Positions 1 to 9,396 of a DNA stretch of 64,000 nucleotides are shown here, piece after piece. Made by a program: the position numbers and the translations under genes. The notes under the pieces were generated by a model. The model searched no databases and had not been told where the DNA came from. It saw nothing but the letters and a program-made list of their open reading frames with translations. Positions within the stretch are counted from its first letter, which is position 1. The number at the start of each line of letters is the position of its first letter. This DNA comes from a virus (taxonomy: Duplodnaviria > Caudoviricetes). The DNA is taken from the IMG/VR virus record IMGVR_UViG_3300020411_000002. One strand, 5' to 3'.

Positions 1-16
1 TTTTTAATTGTTTAAG

Positions 17-37
17 TTTTTTTTTTTTTTTTTTTTT
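17..37. repeat. 21-nt poly(T) homopolymer at the window edge
   Basis: Run of T from 17 to 37; may be an assembly or end artefact. Confidence 0.8.
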
Positions 38-62
38 GCAATTCCAATCAAAGATTCAATTG

Positions 63-197
63 TATATATGGTCCGAACCGCTTTTCTAAAAGATCTTTAT
101 AATTGCTTAATCTTACATTGATAGAAAATCGGAAGATTTATAATTATGTATCAAGATACAATCTATATATCAACCGAACCGCTTTTCAAAAATCTTT
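63..197. repeat. Imperfect direct repeat pair with core CCGAACCGCTTTTC
   Basis: Core at 73-86 and 174-187 (period 101 nt); each is preceded by TATATAT and followed by an AAA..TCTTT tract. Confidence 0.75.
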
Positions 198-457
198 TCA
201 ATTAAAAAATTCAGGTTAAAAAATCGATCACATATAATTAGTGTATTAGTTTAGTTCAAAGAACTATTTACAGTTTTTCACTTTGCAGGCTTGTGAAAAT
301 CGAACAAAAAACAATCAATTTTTAACGACCTTCAACTTGTTCATTTTCGTGGATTTTCAATTTACTATAGTATATACGCTCTGTGCTTAGTCTATATATG
401 TATAGACAGCAAATTCACCTTTTAACCTAGAACTTTGAGGTGGTCGAAAATATTTTG

Positions 458-470
458 TAAGTCATTGATT
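458..470. promoter_or_regulatory. IHF-consensus site
   Basis: TAAGTCATTGATT matches YAANNNNTTGATW. Confidence 0.45.
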
Positions 471-661
471 TTTAAGAAAAGAAAGTTTTTTTAGTACATT
501 TTATGTACAGTGAAACTTTGAGGTTGTTTGAGGTTTGTAGAATTGCAGTTTTCTTGCGTAGAAATGAGAAAGGGCGCTAGAAAATGCGCCCTGTGTGGAA
601 ATCACGATTTTTGTTGAAAAATAGAAGTTCGAGGCAACTTCGAGGTTTTAGGCAACTTCGA

Positions 662-880
662 CTATTTCTCGTTTTCCAGTCGAACCTTTTCTGCAAGCTG
701 TTTTGAAATTCTGTCCATAACTGCTTTAACTTTTCCGCTATTTCCGCTCTCAATTGCGTCAGCTAACTGCTCACCATTGGTTTGGGACAGCATAGGCATA
801 ACCATTTTAAGCATCATGCTACGTTTGCTTGCTTTTTTACTGCGTTTACGTCTTGATACTGATGATAAGTCTATTTTCAT
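662..880 (-). CDS. Hypothetical protein, basic N-terminus
   Basis: 72 aa ORF overlapping the upstream ORF by 4 nt. Confidence 0.6.
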   Translation of the reverse strand: MKIDLSSVSRRKRSKKASKRSMMLKMVMPMLSQTNGEQLADAIESGNSGKVKAVMDRISKQLAEKVRLENEK

Positions 881-1335
881 TTGTTTTCTCCTAGATTAAC
901 TCTGTAGTATGTAGAACCTTCTTCTTGCTGTATTAGAATAGTAGCTCCCTGTAAGCCGTCTTCTTCCCAACGTACAACTGAATCAGTTATTAGAACAGGC
1001 ATGTGCTTAGAAATGCCATTTATCTTTAAATAGTGCGCTCTGTGTCTGCCTTCGTGCCCTACGCAAATAAACGTTGGATTGCCTGAAATGCTTTCAGTTC
1101 TATGTATTTTTAAATACGGAATGTCTGAAATACGGTTTCCGTCAGTTACGTACTTGTCTATAACTCTAAGCTTGTCTGTATACGGCTCTTTTAGGTTTTT
1201 AGCTATCTTCAAGAACAAGTCTACTTCCATGTACGTGAATGTAGTTCTTGACTTAAACGCATTGCCTTCTGCTATAGCTCTAGTAATTGCGCTTTGCTTA
1301 AATACTTTTAGCATGCCTTGTTTGTTTATAATCAT
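877..1335 (-). CDS. ParB/sulfiredoxin-like domain protein
   Basis: VGHEGRHRA resembles the ParB/Srx GxHR motif, followed by a MPVLI strand. Confidence 0.5.
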   Translation of the reverse strand: MIINKQGMLKVFKQSAITRAIAEGNAFKSRTTFTYMEVDLFLKIAKNLKEPYTDKLRVIDKYVTDGNRISDIPYLKIHRTESISGNPTFICVGHEGRHRAHYLKINGISKHMPVLITDSVVRWEEDGLQGATILIQQEEGSTYYRVNLGENK

Positions 1336-2510
1336 CTTACTTTCGTTCCTTTATAAATATTGCTTAGAGCTTCACTACCTTGCAGCACACGACAGGTTAG
1401 CTCCCACTGTATAATAGTTCTTTCGCTAGTGGTATTACGCGGTGCGTCAGTTACTTTCATAGTGTAGCTTCTACTCGGAATAACAAGCAAATCGCTATTT
1501 CGAATCATACCTATTTTAGCAGGTGCAATAGCTGTTAACTGACCTATGGTAGAACTACGCATGTAATCTAACGTTTCAGCTTCTTGTGATAGATTTATAT
1601 CAATCGGGTCTGCGTCCTGCTTAAAGAATACTGAAACGTGTGTAAACGATGTGCCTATAACGTATACATCTATTTGCTTTCCACGCGCATCGTTTAATGC
1701 TGCTTGTGTTAAACGACGGTTTCCATTTGGGTCTACGTACAAGAATGCATCTACGAATATATCTAAGTTATCGCGTACTGAATACTTTGCTTCTTTAAAA
1801 TACTTGGGCACGTTTATTCTAAAGTGACAATACGCATCGTCAGACAAAGCTTCTATCAATGCAGGCTTTTGGGAGAAATCTACGTTGTAACTTAATGAGT
1901 TTAGTATCTCGTAGTTTGTCAAAACATAATGCGTATGGTTAAGAACATTATACGCCGGTACTATTCCTCGACTATAGCAGATGCCGCAGTTAACTGTAGT
2001 TCCACCGAACAGCGTATCTTCAAACGCTTCTATGCTTTCACCGTCGTCTGCTTCTACTATATCATAGCCTGCATCGCCTGATGCTAGTATATCAGCGGCT
2101 TCGAATTCTTTTATTTGCTCTTCTTTAAGCGTGTTACTTCTATTCTTTCCTATCTGCGCTACAGCACTTTGACCGGGTTCTCCGAAAATATCATCGTCGT
2201 GATCGCCAGCCATTTCAAATGTAATACCATCGTTTTGTGAACCAAATGGTACTAAGTCTGGGTCTTCTCCCGGTCTATTTCCAGACTGATCTAGTTCGTC
2301 CATGATAGGAATCTTTTTACACGTACAAGGTCTGCCTGTATCACAACGTTTGAATATGACTGCATTCACGCTATCTACAGCTAGAGAGTTTTCTATCTGC
2401 TGATGGAAAGGAGCAATCGTTGCATCTAAACGTTTTTGTGCTAGCTCACTTGTAAAGTTTTTTGCTTGACGCCTTCTACCGCGCCTCGCATTTTTAAGCC
2501 AATTGGACAT
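1332..2510 (-). CDS. Hypothetical protein, possibly virion structural/neck-type
   Basis: 392 aa with RBS GGAG; Cys pairs CTC and CGIC; function is only a recollection of jumbo-phage families. Confidence 0.4.
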   Translation of the reverse strand: MSNWLKNARRGRRRQAKNFTSELAQKRLDATIAPFHQQIENSLAVDSVNAVIFKRCDTGRPCTCKKIPIMDELDQSGNRPGEDPDLVPFGSQNDGITFEMAGDHDDDIFGEPGQSAVAQIGKNRSNTLKEEQIKEFEAADILASGDAGYDIVEADDGESIEAFEDTLFGGTTVNCGICYSRGIVPAYNVLNHTHYVLTNYEILNSLSYNVDFSQKPALIEALSDDAYCHFRINVPKYFKEAKYSVRDNLDIFVDAFLYVDPNGNRRLTQAALNDARGKQIDVYVIGTSFTHVSVFFKQDADPIDINLSQEAETLDYMRSSTIGQLTAIAPAKIGMIRNSDLLVIPSRSYTMKVTDAPRNTTSERTIIQWELTCRVLQGSEALSNIYKGTKVR

Positions 2511-2577
2511 ACTATTCTCCTTTATTGCTATTAAATTAACAATCTACTAATTTAAAACAAAATAAAGAAAAACTATT

Positions 2578-3159
2578 ATGAAAACCTTCACAGTATTGAG
2601 TTGTGACCCAGGCACAAAGAATTTTGCTGCCGCCTTAGTTACAGGTACTCTGCATGATGATGGTCGTTTGAAGTTTAAAATTCACGGCACACATCTTATG
2701 CAAAGCACTGTATTAAAACTAACTGAAAGTATTGGATTTGCTTTACGTGGATTCACTGATGAAATAGAATCTCTTTTGAACGACCAAGGTCTTGTGCCTG
2801 ATGCTTTGTTTATGGAGAGATTCCAAAGTAGAGGAATGGGTGGAACTACCATAGAATGTATAAACTTTATGATAGGTAGTTTGGTAAGTAAGTACTACGA
2901 AGATACAGAGATTGCTTTGCTTACTGCCGCCACATGGAAGAACAGGGCTAATGCTAAGATAGACTTTAAAGGTAGTTATACCAAGTATGGTCTAAATAGA
3001 GTTGCCTCAAATAAAACCCCTCACGAACTAGATGCTGCAATGATTGGTATATATGCTTGCTATAAGCACTTTGAGCTTGAACCCTTCACTTGCTTTAGTC
3101 CAGAAAACTTTGATAGATTCATGGAATATTTTCAGACCGTACCAACCCTAAAAGTGTAA
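2578..3159 (+). CDS. ruvC: RuvC-like Holliday junction resolvase
   Basis: LSCDPGTKNFA N-terminal motif, FMERFQ, and C-terminal HELDAAMIG acidic triad. Confidence 0.75.
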   Translation: MKTFTVLSCDPGTKNFAAALVTGTLHDDGRLKFKIHGTHLMQSTVLKLTESIGFALRGFTDEIESLLNDQGLVPDALFMERFQSRGMGGTTIECINFMIGSLVSKYYEDTEIALLTAATWKNRANAKIDFKGSYTKYGLNRVASNKTPHELDAAMIGIYACYKHFELEPFTCFSPENFDRFMEYFQTVPTLKV

Positions 3160-3162
3160 ATA
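3155..3162 (+). promoter_or_regulatory. TGTAAATA phage promoter motif
   Basis: AAAAGTGTAAATAG, recurring before + strand genes. Confidence 0.55.
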
Positions 3163-3194
3163 GTACATGTATTTTAAATAGAAGGGTTTGCATT

Positions 3195-3908
3195 GTGAGA
3201 AGACGTAACAAATCATTAGTAACAAAGTCTACAGGGCTTAAAAAAGTAACTAGCGATTTTGATATAGCCGAACGTATTAAAAGTTCAGTTAATAACTGTC
3301 CTCTTGTTACGAAAGATGCAGACTACTCGTTTGATTACAGATTTATAGGTCGTTGCCCTATGTCTAGCTGTCAGTATAACAATCACGAAACTAAAAATGG
3401 TTGTATGATGCTAGATGTTAAGTTACCTAGTAAAGACCTAACTGACGCCGAAATCTTCTACTATAAAATACGCAAGAATCCAGACTTTAGTGAAAGCGAA
3501 AAACCAAAGCCTAGAACAGTTAACTTGTTACGAAAGAAGTATGCTAGTTCTATAAAGTCAAACATTGTATTTTTCTATTTCGTTGAATACGTATTAGATA
3601 ATTACACACCTGAAGATTCTGAGTTTGTTTATGTTAGGGGAATAAAGCTTTTAGATATAGTTCTAAACTCTTTTCCTTTCAATCAGACCGAAGTGCCTTT
3701 CTCAGAGTGGCAATTGCCTTTCTTGTTTGACGATTCTGTTTACAAGAAGTTTTGCAGTAGTGATAGCAACATGCTAATCAACTCGGCTGATATTAATTTA
3801 AACAGTGTACTCGGATTAACACCCGTGAAGTTTCATAAAGTTCATAAGGTTATCAAGAGCCTTTTAGACGCTAACGAAGCTCATAATATTATACAAAATT
3901 TTACCTAA
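3195..3908 (+). CDS. Hypothetical protein with Cys cluster
   Basis: 237 aa; CPMSSC...GC; Arg-rich N-terminus. Confidence 0.65.
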   Translation: MRRRNKSLVTKSTGLKKVTSDFDIAERIKSSVNNCPLVTKDADYSFDYRFIGRCPMSSCQYNNHETKNGCMMLDVKLPSKDLTDAEIFYYKIRKNPDFSESEKPKPRTVNLLRKKYASSIKSNIVFFYFVEYVLDNYTPEDSEFVYVRGIKLLDIVLNSFPFNQTEVPFSEWQLPFLFDDSVYKKFCSSDSNMLINSADINLNSVLGLTPVKFHKVHKVIKSLLDANEAHNIIQNFT

Positions 3909-3930
3909 CCGTCTTTAAAGGAGACTACCA

Positions 3931-4584
3931 ATGCGTGATGCAAAGACTTTAACCCTTCGTGGTTATCACGATAAGTACGGAGAGAACAAAGCTGCTGCTC
4001 TTTACGTGGTAAACACATCTGATGGTCGTATAGCTTTTACTTGTCGTGGTGAAGTATCTGGTACGACAAACGTTATCATTCCAATCTCTTTTGCGCCTAC
4101 TGACCTAACTGCGTATTCAGAGCGTGATAACGTACTGTCTAACCCGTCTTTCCGTAAGTTCCTAAATGCAGGTATGCTTGTTATTGTTGATAACGATGAT
4201 TTTGAAGATATGCTTGCTAATGACAAAGAGCTACGCGAAGAATATAACTCGGTTAACGAAGTTATAGAAACTAAGGCGCAAGATACGGTACAGATCGATC
4301 TTAATCGCGACAAGAAGCAAGAACAGCATGACGGTCAATTCGCCGATAATGAAGAAGCGTGTTCAAATAACCACTTAGCAAGTATCGTTCAAGAATGTCA
4401 GCTTCTTGACAACGATAATGACGGTAGCCGTCTACGCGGGTTAACAAAGTCTCTTACTAAGAAGATGAACACTTACAAGAAGCACGAGCTTGAAGAGTTT
4501 GTGAAGGTTTGTCCTAATCAGGAGCTACGCGAGTTAGCTATTACGCGTATTAATTACCTAGAACAAAAAGAATCTGAAAACTAA
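3931..4584 (+). CDS. Hypothetical protein
   Basis: 217 aa, RBS GGAG, terminator downstream. Confidence 0.75.
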   Translation: MRDAKTLTLRGYHDKYGENKAAALYVVNTSDGRIAFTCRGEVSGTTNVIIPISFAPTDLTAYSERDNVLSNPSFRKFLNAGMLVIVDNDDFEDMLANDKELREEYNSVNEVIETKAQDTVQIDLNRDKKQEQHDGQFADNEEACSNNHLASIVQECQLLDNDNDGSRLRGLTKSLTKKMNTYKKHELEEFVKVCPNQELRELAITRINYLEQKESEN

Positions 4585-4603
4585 TAAGTTAGTTTTTGGA
4601 TAC

Positions 4604-4632
4604 AAAAAAAGGGAGCGCTTGCTCCCTTTTTT
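4604..4632. terminator. Bidirectional rho-independent terminator
   Basis: A7-GGGAGC-GCTT-GCTCCC-T6 between convergent genes. Confidence 0.85.
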
Positions 4633-4650
4633 AATGTCTTCGATTTGTGT

Positions 4651-5703
4651 TTATTCAAACTCAGGTGCGAGTTTATACTTTAAGTCGTATTCAATTATAT
4701 CCATTAGTTCTTCAATTATTTCCTGATCGGCATTGTCGGGGTCTAACTTGATTAGCTTTCCATTCTTATCGAATTCAACTGGAAGTGGAAAGTTACTGAA
4801 CTTTATTTTGATTGGGCTTATTTCATTATGCAGATAAACAACTTCTTTTATTGTTCTTTTCATTGTCTTTCCACCTGTATCATTATCAGGCATTGTTATA
4901 ATATGCTTAACACCCATCTTAATTATAAAGCGTAACTTTTCTTTAGTGAACTGCTTAGCTCCAAGCACTGCTATCGCTGGAATGCCATTCATTAAAAGTC
5001 TTAATGCATCCCTAGCACCTTCAACGATTACAACATACTTTAGTTTGTACTTCTTGATAAGTTCTTTAGTATAGTTGTGAGGAAAGATACCATAGTCTTT
5101 TGCCCAGTCGCCTTCCATACCAAGATAGCTAGGTCTTCCTTTTACTTTGTTTATGTAAGCTTTCTGTCCACCGTAGAAACGCTTATCTATTTTATTAGGA
5201 AAGAAGCAGACTAACTCTTTTTGAGAACGATGCGGTTCAGATAGGTAATAGCCACCAACTTGTTTAATAAGCTTGCCGGGATATCCACGCCAGTCTATAT
5301 CTTCTGACCAAGGGAAGTAAGCAGGGTTCCCAATAGACTTCATTAGTACTTTTATATCGATAGTGCTTTCAACCATACCGAGCTTTCGTTTAAGTCTTTC
5401 AACTTTTTGGTTAGCTTCTTTAGTACTTTTTATTTTTCCATTAAGTGCAGATATCTTTTTAAGATTTAACTTTTCAGCCAGTTCGTTCCAGTGTCCTTTA
5501 GCACCACAACCAAAGCAATGAAAGAATCCTAATGGAATATCTAAACCGATGCCCATAAAGACACCTAAAGATGGATCTGTGTCTGAATGGAAAGGACATA
5601 CTATTTGTATTGCGTCTGCTGTTGCACCGCGAGGTCCCTCTACTTTATCTAGCTCTTCGAATATTATATCGTAGCTACTTCTTAGCTGGTCACTGTTACT
5701 CAT
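4651..5703 (-). CDS. DNA primase-like protein (CHC2 zinc finger + TOPRIM)
   Basis: CPFH...FHCFGCG zinc finger; VIVEGARDA and DND TOPRIM motifs. Confidence 0.8.
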   Translation of the reverse strand: MSNSDQLRSSYDIIFEELDKVEGPRGATADAIQIVCPFHSDTDPSLGVFMGIGLDIPLGFFHCFGCGAKGHWNELAEKLNLKKISALNGKIKSTKEANQKVERLKRKLGMVESTIDIKVLMKSIGNPAYFPWSEDIDWRGYPGKLIKQVGGYYLSEPHRSQKELVCFFPNKIDKRFYGGQKAYINKVKGRPSYLGMEGDWAKDYGIFPHNYTKELIKKYKLKYVVIVEGARDALRLLMNGIPAIAVLGAKQFTKEKLRFIIKMGVKHIITMPDNDTGGKTMKRTIKEVVYLHNEISPIKIKFSNFPLPVEFDKNGKLIKLDPDNADQEIIEELMDIIEYDLKYKLAPEFE

Positions 5704-5756
5704 AGAAATGATCTACTGTGTTTGTAATTTAATGTAAACAGTGAGTATTTACACAT

Positions 5757-6317
5757 TTGGAATTTATTGTGAAGTTATTTTTAAGCACCTCTTATCCTAA
5801 GTCTTTGTTCATATCAGAAGTAAACATGTTAGACAAGTATAACAGTACTAACAAAGGTCAGCTACGTCTTCTTATTACCAAGTTTAAAAGAACCACTTTA
5901 GGCAAAAGACTGGAACTGTTAGAGAAAAAGAAAAACCCAAAGAGTGCAATACTAATGAGTTTGCATTTTGATCTACAAGTTACTTCGCCTACAAATATAT
6001 CGGCTTTTGAAGCACACAAACATTTACGTGTAGAGCATCTTTTTGGGGACAAGAAAGAAAATATAGCTAGACTGATTTTATTTTTTGACAGTAACAAGAA
6101 ATCATTAAAGATTCACGCTTTAGGTTTTGATACTAAACTTATTGCAACCTTAAAGCCTCATAACTTGAAGTTTAATCCAGACGCTGTATCGCTAGAACTA
6201 TACGGCGTGTATCTTCTAAATCTATTCAGGGATATAGCGATACATTATTCAGTAATGGAATCAGACCCTAAGATTTTTGCTAAATTGAGTGAGAAGCATA
6301 ATGCAGCTAGAGAGTAA
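5757..6317 (+). CDS. Hypothetical protein (start may be ATG 5826)
   Basis: Long ORF in the operon. Confidence 0.65.
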   Translation: MEFIVKLFLSTSYPKSLFISEVNMLDKYNSTNKGQLRLLITKFKRTTLGKRLELLEKKKNPKSAILMSLHFDLQVTSPTNISAFEAHKHLRVEHLFGDKKENIARLILFFDSNKKSLKIHALGFDTKLIATLKPHNLKFNPDAVSLELYGVYLLNLFRDIAIHYSVMESDPKIFAKLSEKHNAARE

Positions 6318-6633
6318 GGTAACAGACCTCACTATATACCCAAAAGACTTTAAACGTCTTAGAACTGTTCTTAGCAATTTTCTTGATGAAGAGTTTTTAC
6401 TAGCTAACGAATTGAAGTTGTCTAACGGCATAGTTGCAGGTTACGTATTCAAAGAACGTATTGGTAAAATCCAGCGTGAGTTAGAAAAGTTTGAATCTGT
6501 TTACGGATTCTCAAATACCGAATACGAAACAAATAAGTATGATATACACGGTCTATCTATTACATACAATTACTTTGGTAAAGCGCAAGAACCGTTCATT
6601 ACTTTAATGATAGATGAAAAGTTCCAGTCATGA
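6289..6633 (+). CDS. Hypothetical protein (start may be ATG 6301)
   Basis: ORF coupled to its neighbours. Confidence 0.65.
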   Translation: MRSIMQLESKVTDLTIYPKDFKRLRTVLSNFLDEEFLLANELKLSNGIVAGYVFKERIGKIQRELEKFESVYGFSNTEYETNKYDIHGLSITYNYFGKAQEPFITLMIDEKFQS

Positions 6634-7745
6634 GAACTTTTGATACAATAGAGGCATACAAGCCTAAAACAGTTAATCCAAACCACCACTCGCCTGTAAG
6701 TGTTGCTGTTCGTGGAGCGTTAGACTCAGAATACTTTACTATGGGCGATAGAGTGCCCAAGCTTAGACCGAGCAGCTTTCCTAAATGTCCAGTGTTAGAT
6801 TGGATGGCCTTGTATAGATACAAGAAGCTAGGTAAGATAGAAGAGCGACATAGTTTTTCACAAGACTACTTTACAGGTGTTGGAACAGTGGTGCATGAAA
6901 TAATTCAGCACCATATTGGAAACACTAAACAGGTGTATGGTAATTGGAAGTGTATTAATCTTAAATGTAAGAAAGGGCAAGAAGCCTGTACTCTCCGTGA
7001 CGCTACTGGTAAAGTAGTACAAGAGGGAAAGATGACTTCTTTTCACACTACGGATAACTTGTGTCCTAGTTGCAAACGTCCAATGTTCTATGAAGAACTA
7101 GAGATTTCTGCAATGGGAAGTACCGGTCACGTTGATTGTGTTTTAGTTATACGTGATGGTAAATGGTGGGTAGTAGATTACAAGACTACTTTGAAAAGAA
7201 AAGTAGATTCAGGTGAGTTGCCCGAAAGCAAACACTTGTACCAACTTAGAGCTTACGCGTATATTCTAAAGTTTGAATACGACTTACCAATTCAAGGCTT
7301 TAGTTTAGTATATCTACCTAGAGATAACCCGTTTAAGTTCTTTGAATACTCGCACAGCTTTGATAACAAAGAAGAGTTTGCCGAAGCTAAGAAAGTTCTA
7401 ACTACTGAGAAGTTTAAGTGGGATGGAGCAGAACGAGCCAACAAAACAGGTAAGTATGAGTATGCAGTAGAACGCAAGCCTTGTAAGTGTACAGAAGACT
7501 ACTACGAAGTTATGGATTTCTATGACCCGTGCCCTCTTCTGGATATTTGTTTTAAGCGCAAAAAGCTTGATTCGTTCTTATACAAATGGAAACATCTACA
7601 TAAAGAAAAGGCTGTGCCTGTTGGAGTTAATCCGAAAGAGATTGTAGACGTTATTATGAATCGAGATTACGAAGACATAAGAAAGGAATATGGATCAAGT
7701 AATTCAAAACGCACTAGAAGAAAACGTAAATCTTCTATGGCATAG
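6630..7745 (+). CDS. PD-(D/E)XK exonuclease, Cas4/RecB-like
   Basis: LRPSSFPKCP; GTVVH; GHVD..VVDYKT; QLRAYA; C-terminal Cys cluster CKC..CPLLDIC. Confidence 0.75.
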   Translation: MRTFDTIEAYKPKTVNPNHHSPVSVAVRGALDSEYFTMGDRVPKLRPSSFPKCPVLDWMALYRYKKLGKIEERHSFSQDYFTGVGTVVHEIIQHHIGNTKQVYGNWKCINLKCKKGQEACTLRDATGKVVQEGKMTSFHTTDNLCPSCKRPMFYEELEISAMGSTGHVDCVLVIRDGKWWVVDYKTTLKRKVDSGELPESKHLYQLRAYAYILKFEYDLPIQGFSLVYLPRDNPFKFFEYSHSFDNKEEFAEAKKVLTTEKFKWDGAERANKTGKYEYAVERKPCKCTEDYYEVMDFYDPCPLLDICFKRKKLDSFLYKWKHLHKEKAVPVGVNPKEIVDVIMNRDYEDIRKEYGSSNSKRTRRKRKSSMA

Positions 7746-8184
7746 CAAACCAAAGCCGTTCCACACCGCGTTTCAAAAAGCATTGTCGTTTATATACATT
7801 CAAAGACATTCTATAAAAGACCGTGAACAGGAACAAGTAATAGCTGATACTTTTCTCATATTTCACAATATTGATTTTTACACTCAGCAAAAAGTATTTG
7901 ACCATTATAAAGTCAGACGCGCTGCCCCTTACGTATACTTGATTAAACGCAACCTTGCTACCTATATTGAAACTAGTTATCTTATTAACGAATTAGTTTG
8001 TGATATAGCAGAAGCCCGCGCATCTAGGCAAACAACTTTTGCTCATGCTGAAATGTTGCAGAATAAAATCGAAGTATTGTGTGAGCGTAAGATTCAATCA
8101 GTTTTAAGAATTCAAAAGTTAACCGATAAACTAGGCGTTTGTATAAAGCCTATAAGAGAGTACTTTAATGAAGATGCTTATTAG
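7690..8184 (+). CDS. Hypothetical protein
   Basis: 164 aa with RBS AGGA. Confidence 0.65.
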   Translation: MDQVIQNALEENVNLLWHSKPKPFHTAFQKALSFIYIQRHSIKDREQEQVIADTFLIFHNIDFYTQQKVFDHYKVRRAAPYVYLIKRNLATYIETSYLINELVCDIAEARASRQTTFAHAEMLQNKIEVLCERKIQSVLRIQKLTDKLGVCIKPIREYFNEDAY

Positions 8185-8530
8185 TCTAAGTGACACATGC
8201 GCGTTAGCGTACAACGCCCGCTCTAAGCAAATGTACAAGATTGGTGATATGTTGGGTGATTATGAAAACCCTGTCGACCCAGAAGTTCGTGATAACTTAG
8301 AGAAGCTTTTTGAAGTTCAAGATGATTTGTCTAAACTTGAAATAGAAGAAATGTTGAGAGAGAAGCGCAAAGAGCTTGAAGAGGAAAAAGAAAAGCGTAA
8401 GAAGAAAGTTAAAGGCAAAGATAAAGACGAAGGCGACTCTACAGAAGATGGTAAAGAAGACGGTGAAGAACCTGAAAGTTCGGAAGATACAGACTCTGAC
8501 GATCCAAATGCCCCTGTAGTTATGGAATAA
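8168..8530 (+). CDS. Hypothetical protein with charged/acidic tail
   Basis: 120 aa ORF. Confidence 0.65.
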   Translation: MKMLISLSDTCALAYNARSKQMYKIGDMLGDYENPVDPEVRDNLEKLFEVQDDLSKLEIEEMLREKRKELEEEKEKRKKKVKGKDKDEGDSTEDGKEDGEEPESSEDTDSDDPNAPVVME

Positions 8531-8548
8531 AGCTATAAAATCAAAAAC

Positions 8549-8556
8549 TGTAAATA
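8549..8556 (+). promoter_or_regulatory. TGTAAATA phage promoter motif ahead of the modification operon
   Basis: AAAAACTGTAAATAC about 45 nt before ATG 8599. Confidence 0.55.
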
Positions 8557-8598
8557 CCCAGTAGATAAAACTGGGTATTTTTATTTCTGAGGTAAATA

Positions 8599-9396
8599 AT
8601 GACTGCAAAAACTCGTACACGCACGGCTAAGAAACCCGTTCCTAGAAAAACTAGTAAAGCTCGTAGCGTAAGTCCAGACGATATTACAACTACAACTACG
8701 GCAGAAGAGCCTGCTCGTAAACGTAAATTCAAAGCAAAGAAAGTTCGTGTTAATTCACGCACTGCTAATCGCTCTGGTGATTGGAAGTTGAAAGACTTAA
8801 AAGGTGCTGAATATAATCCACGTATGATTACAGACAGACGCCTTGATAACATGGGTGATTCATACGAGCGCTTTGGTGACTTGTCTGGTATCGTATTTAA
8901 TAGACGTAGTGGTAAGCTGGTATCTGGACACCAACGCGTAGCTAACATCGAGAAGCGCGGCTATCCTACTGCTGTTAAAACTAATCCAACTAAAGACGAT
9001 CATGGTACAGTAGAAGAAGGCGTACTAGCTGTTAAGACAGACAAGGGCGTTATCCGTATTCCAATGCGTGTTGTTGATTGGGAAGACCAAAAAGCAGAAA
9101 TGGCAGCAAACGTTGCAGCCAACGCACACGGTGGTGAGTTCGATAAACAAAAGCTAAGCAAGCTAATGGCAGACTTAGAAGTTATCGAGGGTGGATTCGA
9201 AATTGGTTTAATTGGTTTAGATGAAGTTTCTATTCGCTCACTTCCAAAGTTGCCTGATCGTCCGTCTTCTAGTTCTGAGTCAAGCTCTGGTTCTAGCGGT
9301 TCAAGTAGTCGTCCTGACGGCTTTGATGCGTATGATGAAAGTTCTTTCGATGAACAGCTACAGCACTGCTGTCCTAAATGTGGATTTGAATTCTAA
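8599..9396 (+). CDS. ParB N-terminal domain protein with C-terminal zinc ribbon
   Basis: AEYNPRMI, LVSGHQRV, ANVAANAHGGEFD, terminal CPKCGFEF; the ParB type often found beside phage MTases. Confidence 0.8.
   Translation: MTAKTRTRTAKKPVPRKTSKARSVSPDDITTTTTAEEPARKRKFKAKKVRVNSRTANRSGDWKLKDLKGAEYNPRMITDRRLDNMGDSYERFGDLSGIVFNRRSGKLVSGHQRVANIEKRGYPTAVKTNPTKDDHGTVEEGVLAVKTDKGVIRIPMRVVDWEDQKAEMAANVAANAHGGEFDKQKLSKLMADLEVIEGGFEIGLIGLDEVSIRSLPKLPDRPSSSSESSSGSSGSSSRPDGFDAYDESSFDEQLQHCCPKCGFEF

Noticed and set aside
17-37. Poly(T) as a biological feature
   Set aside because: It lies at the sequence edge, where homopolymer and assembly errors are common; it cannot be supported without reads.
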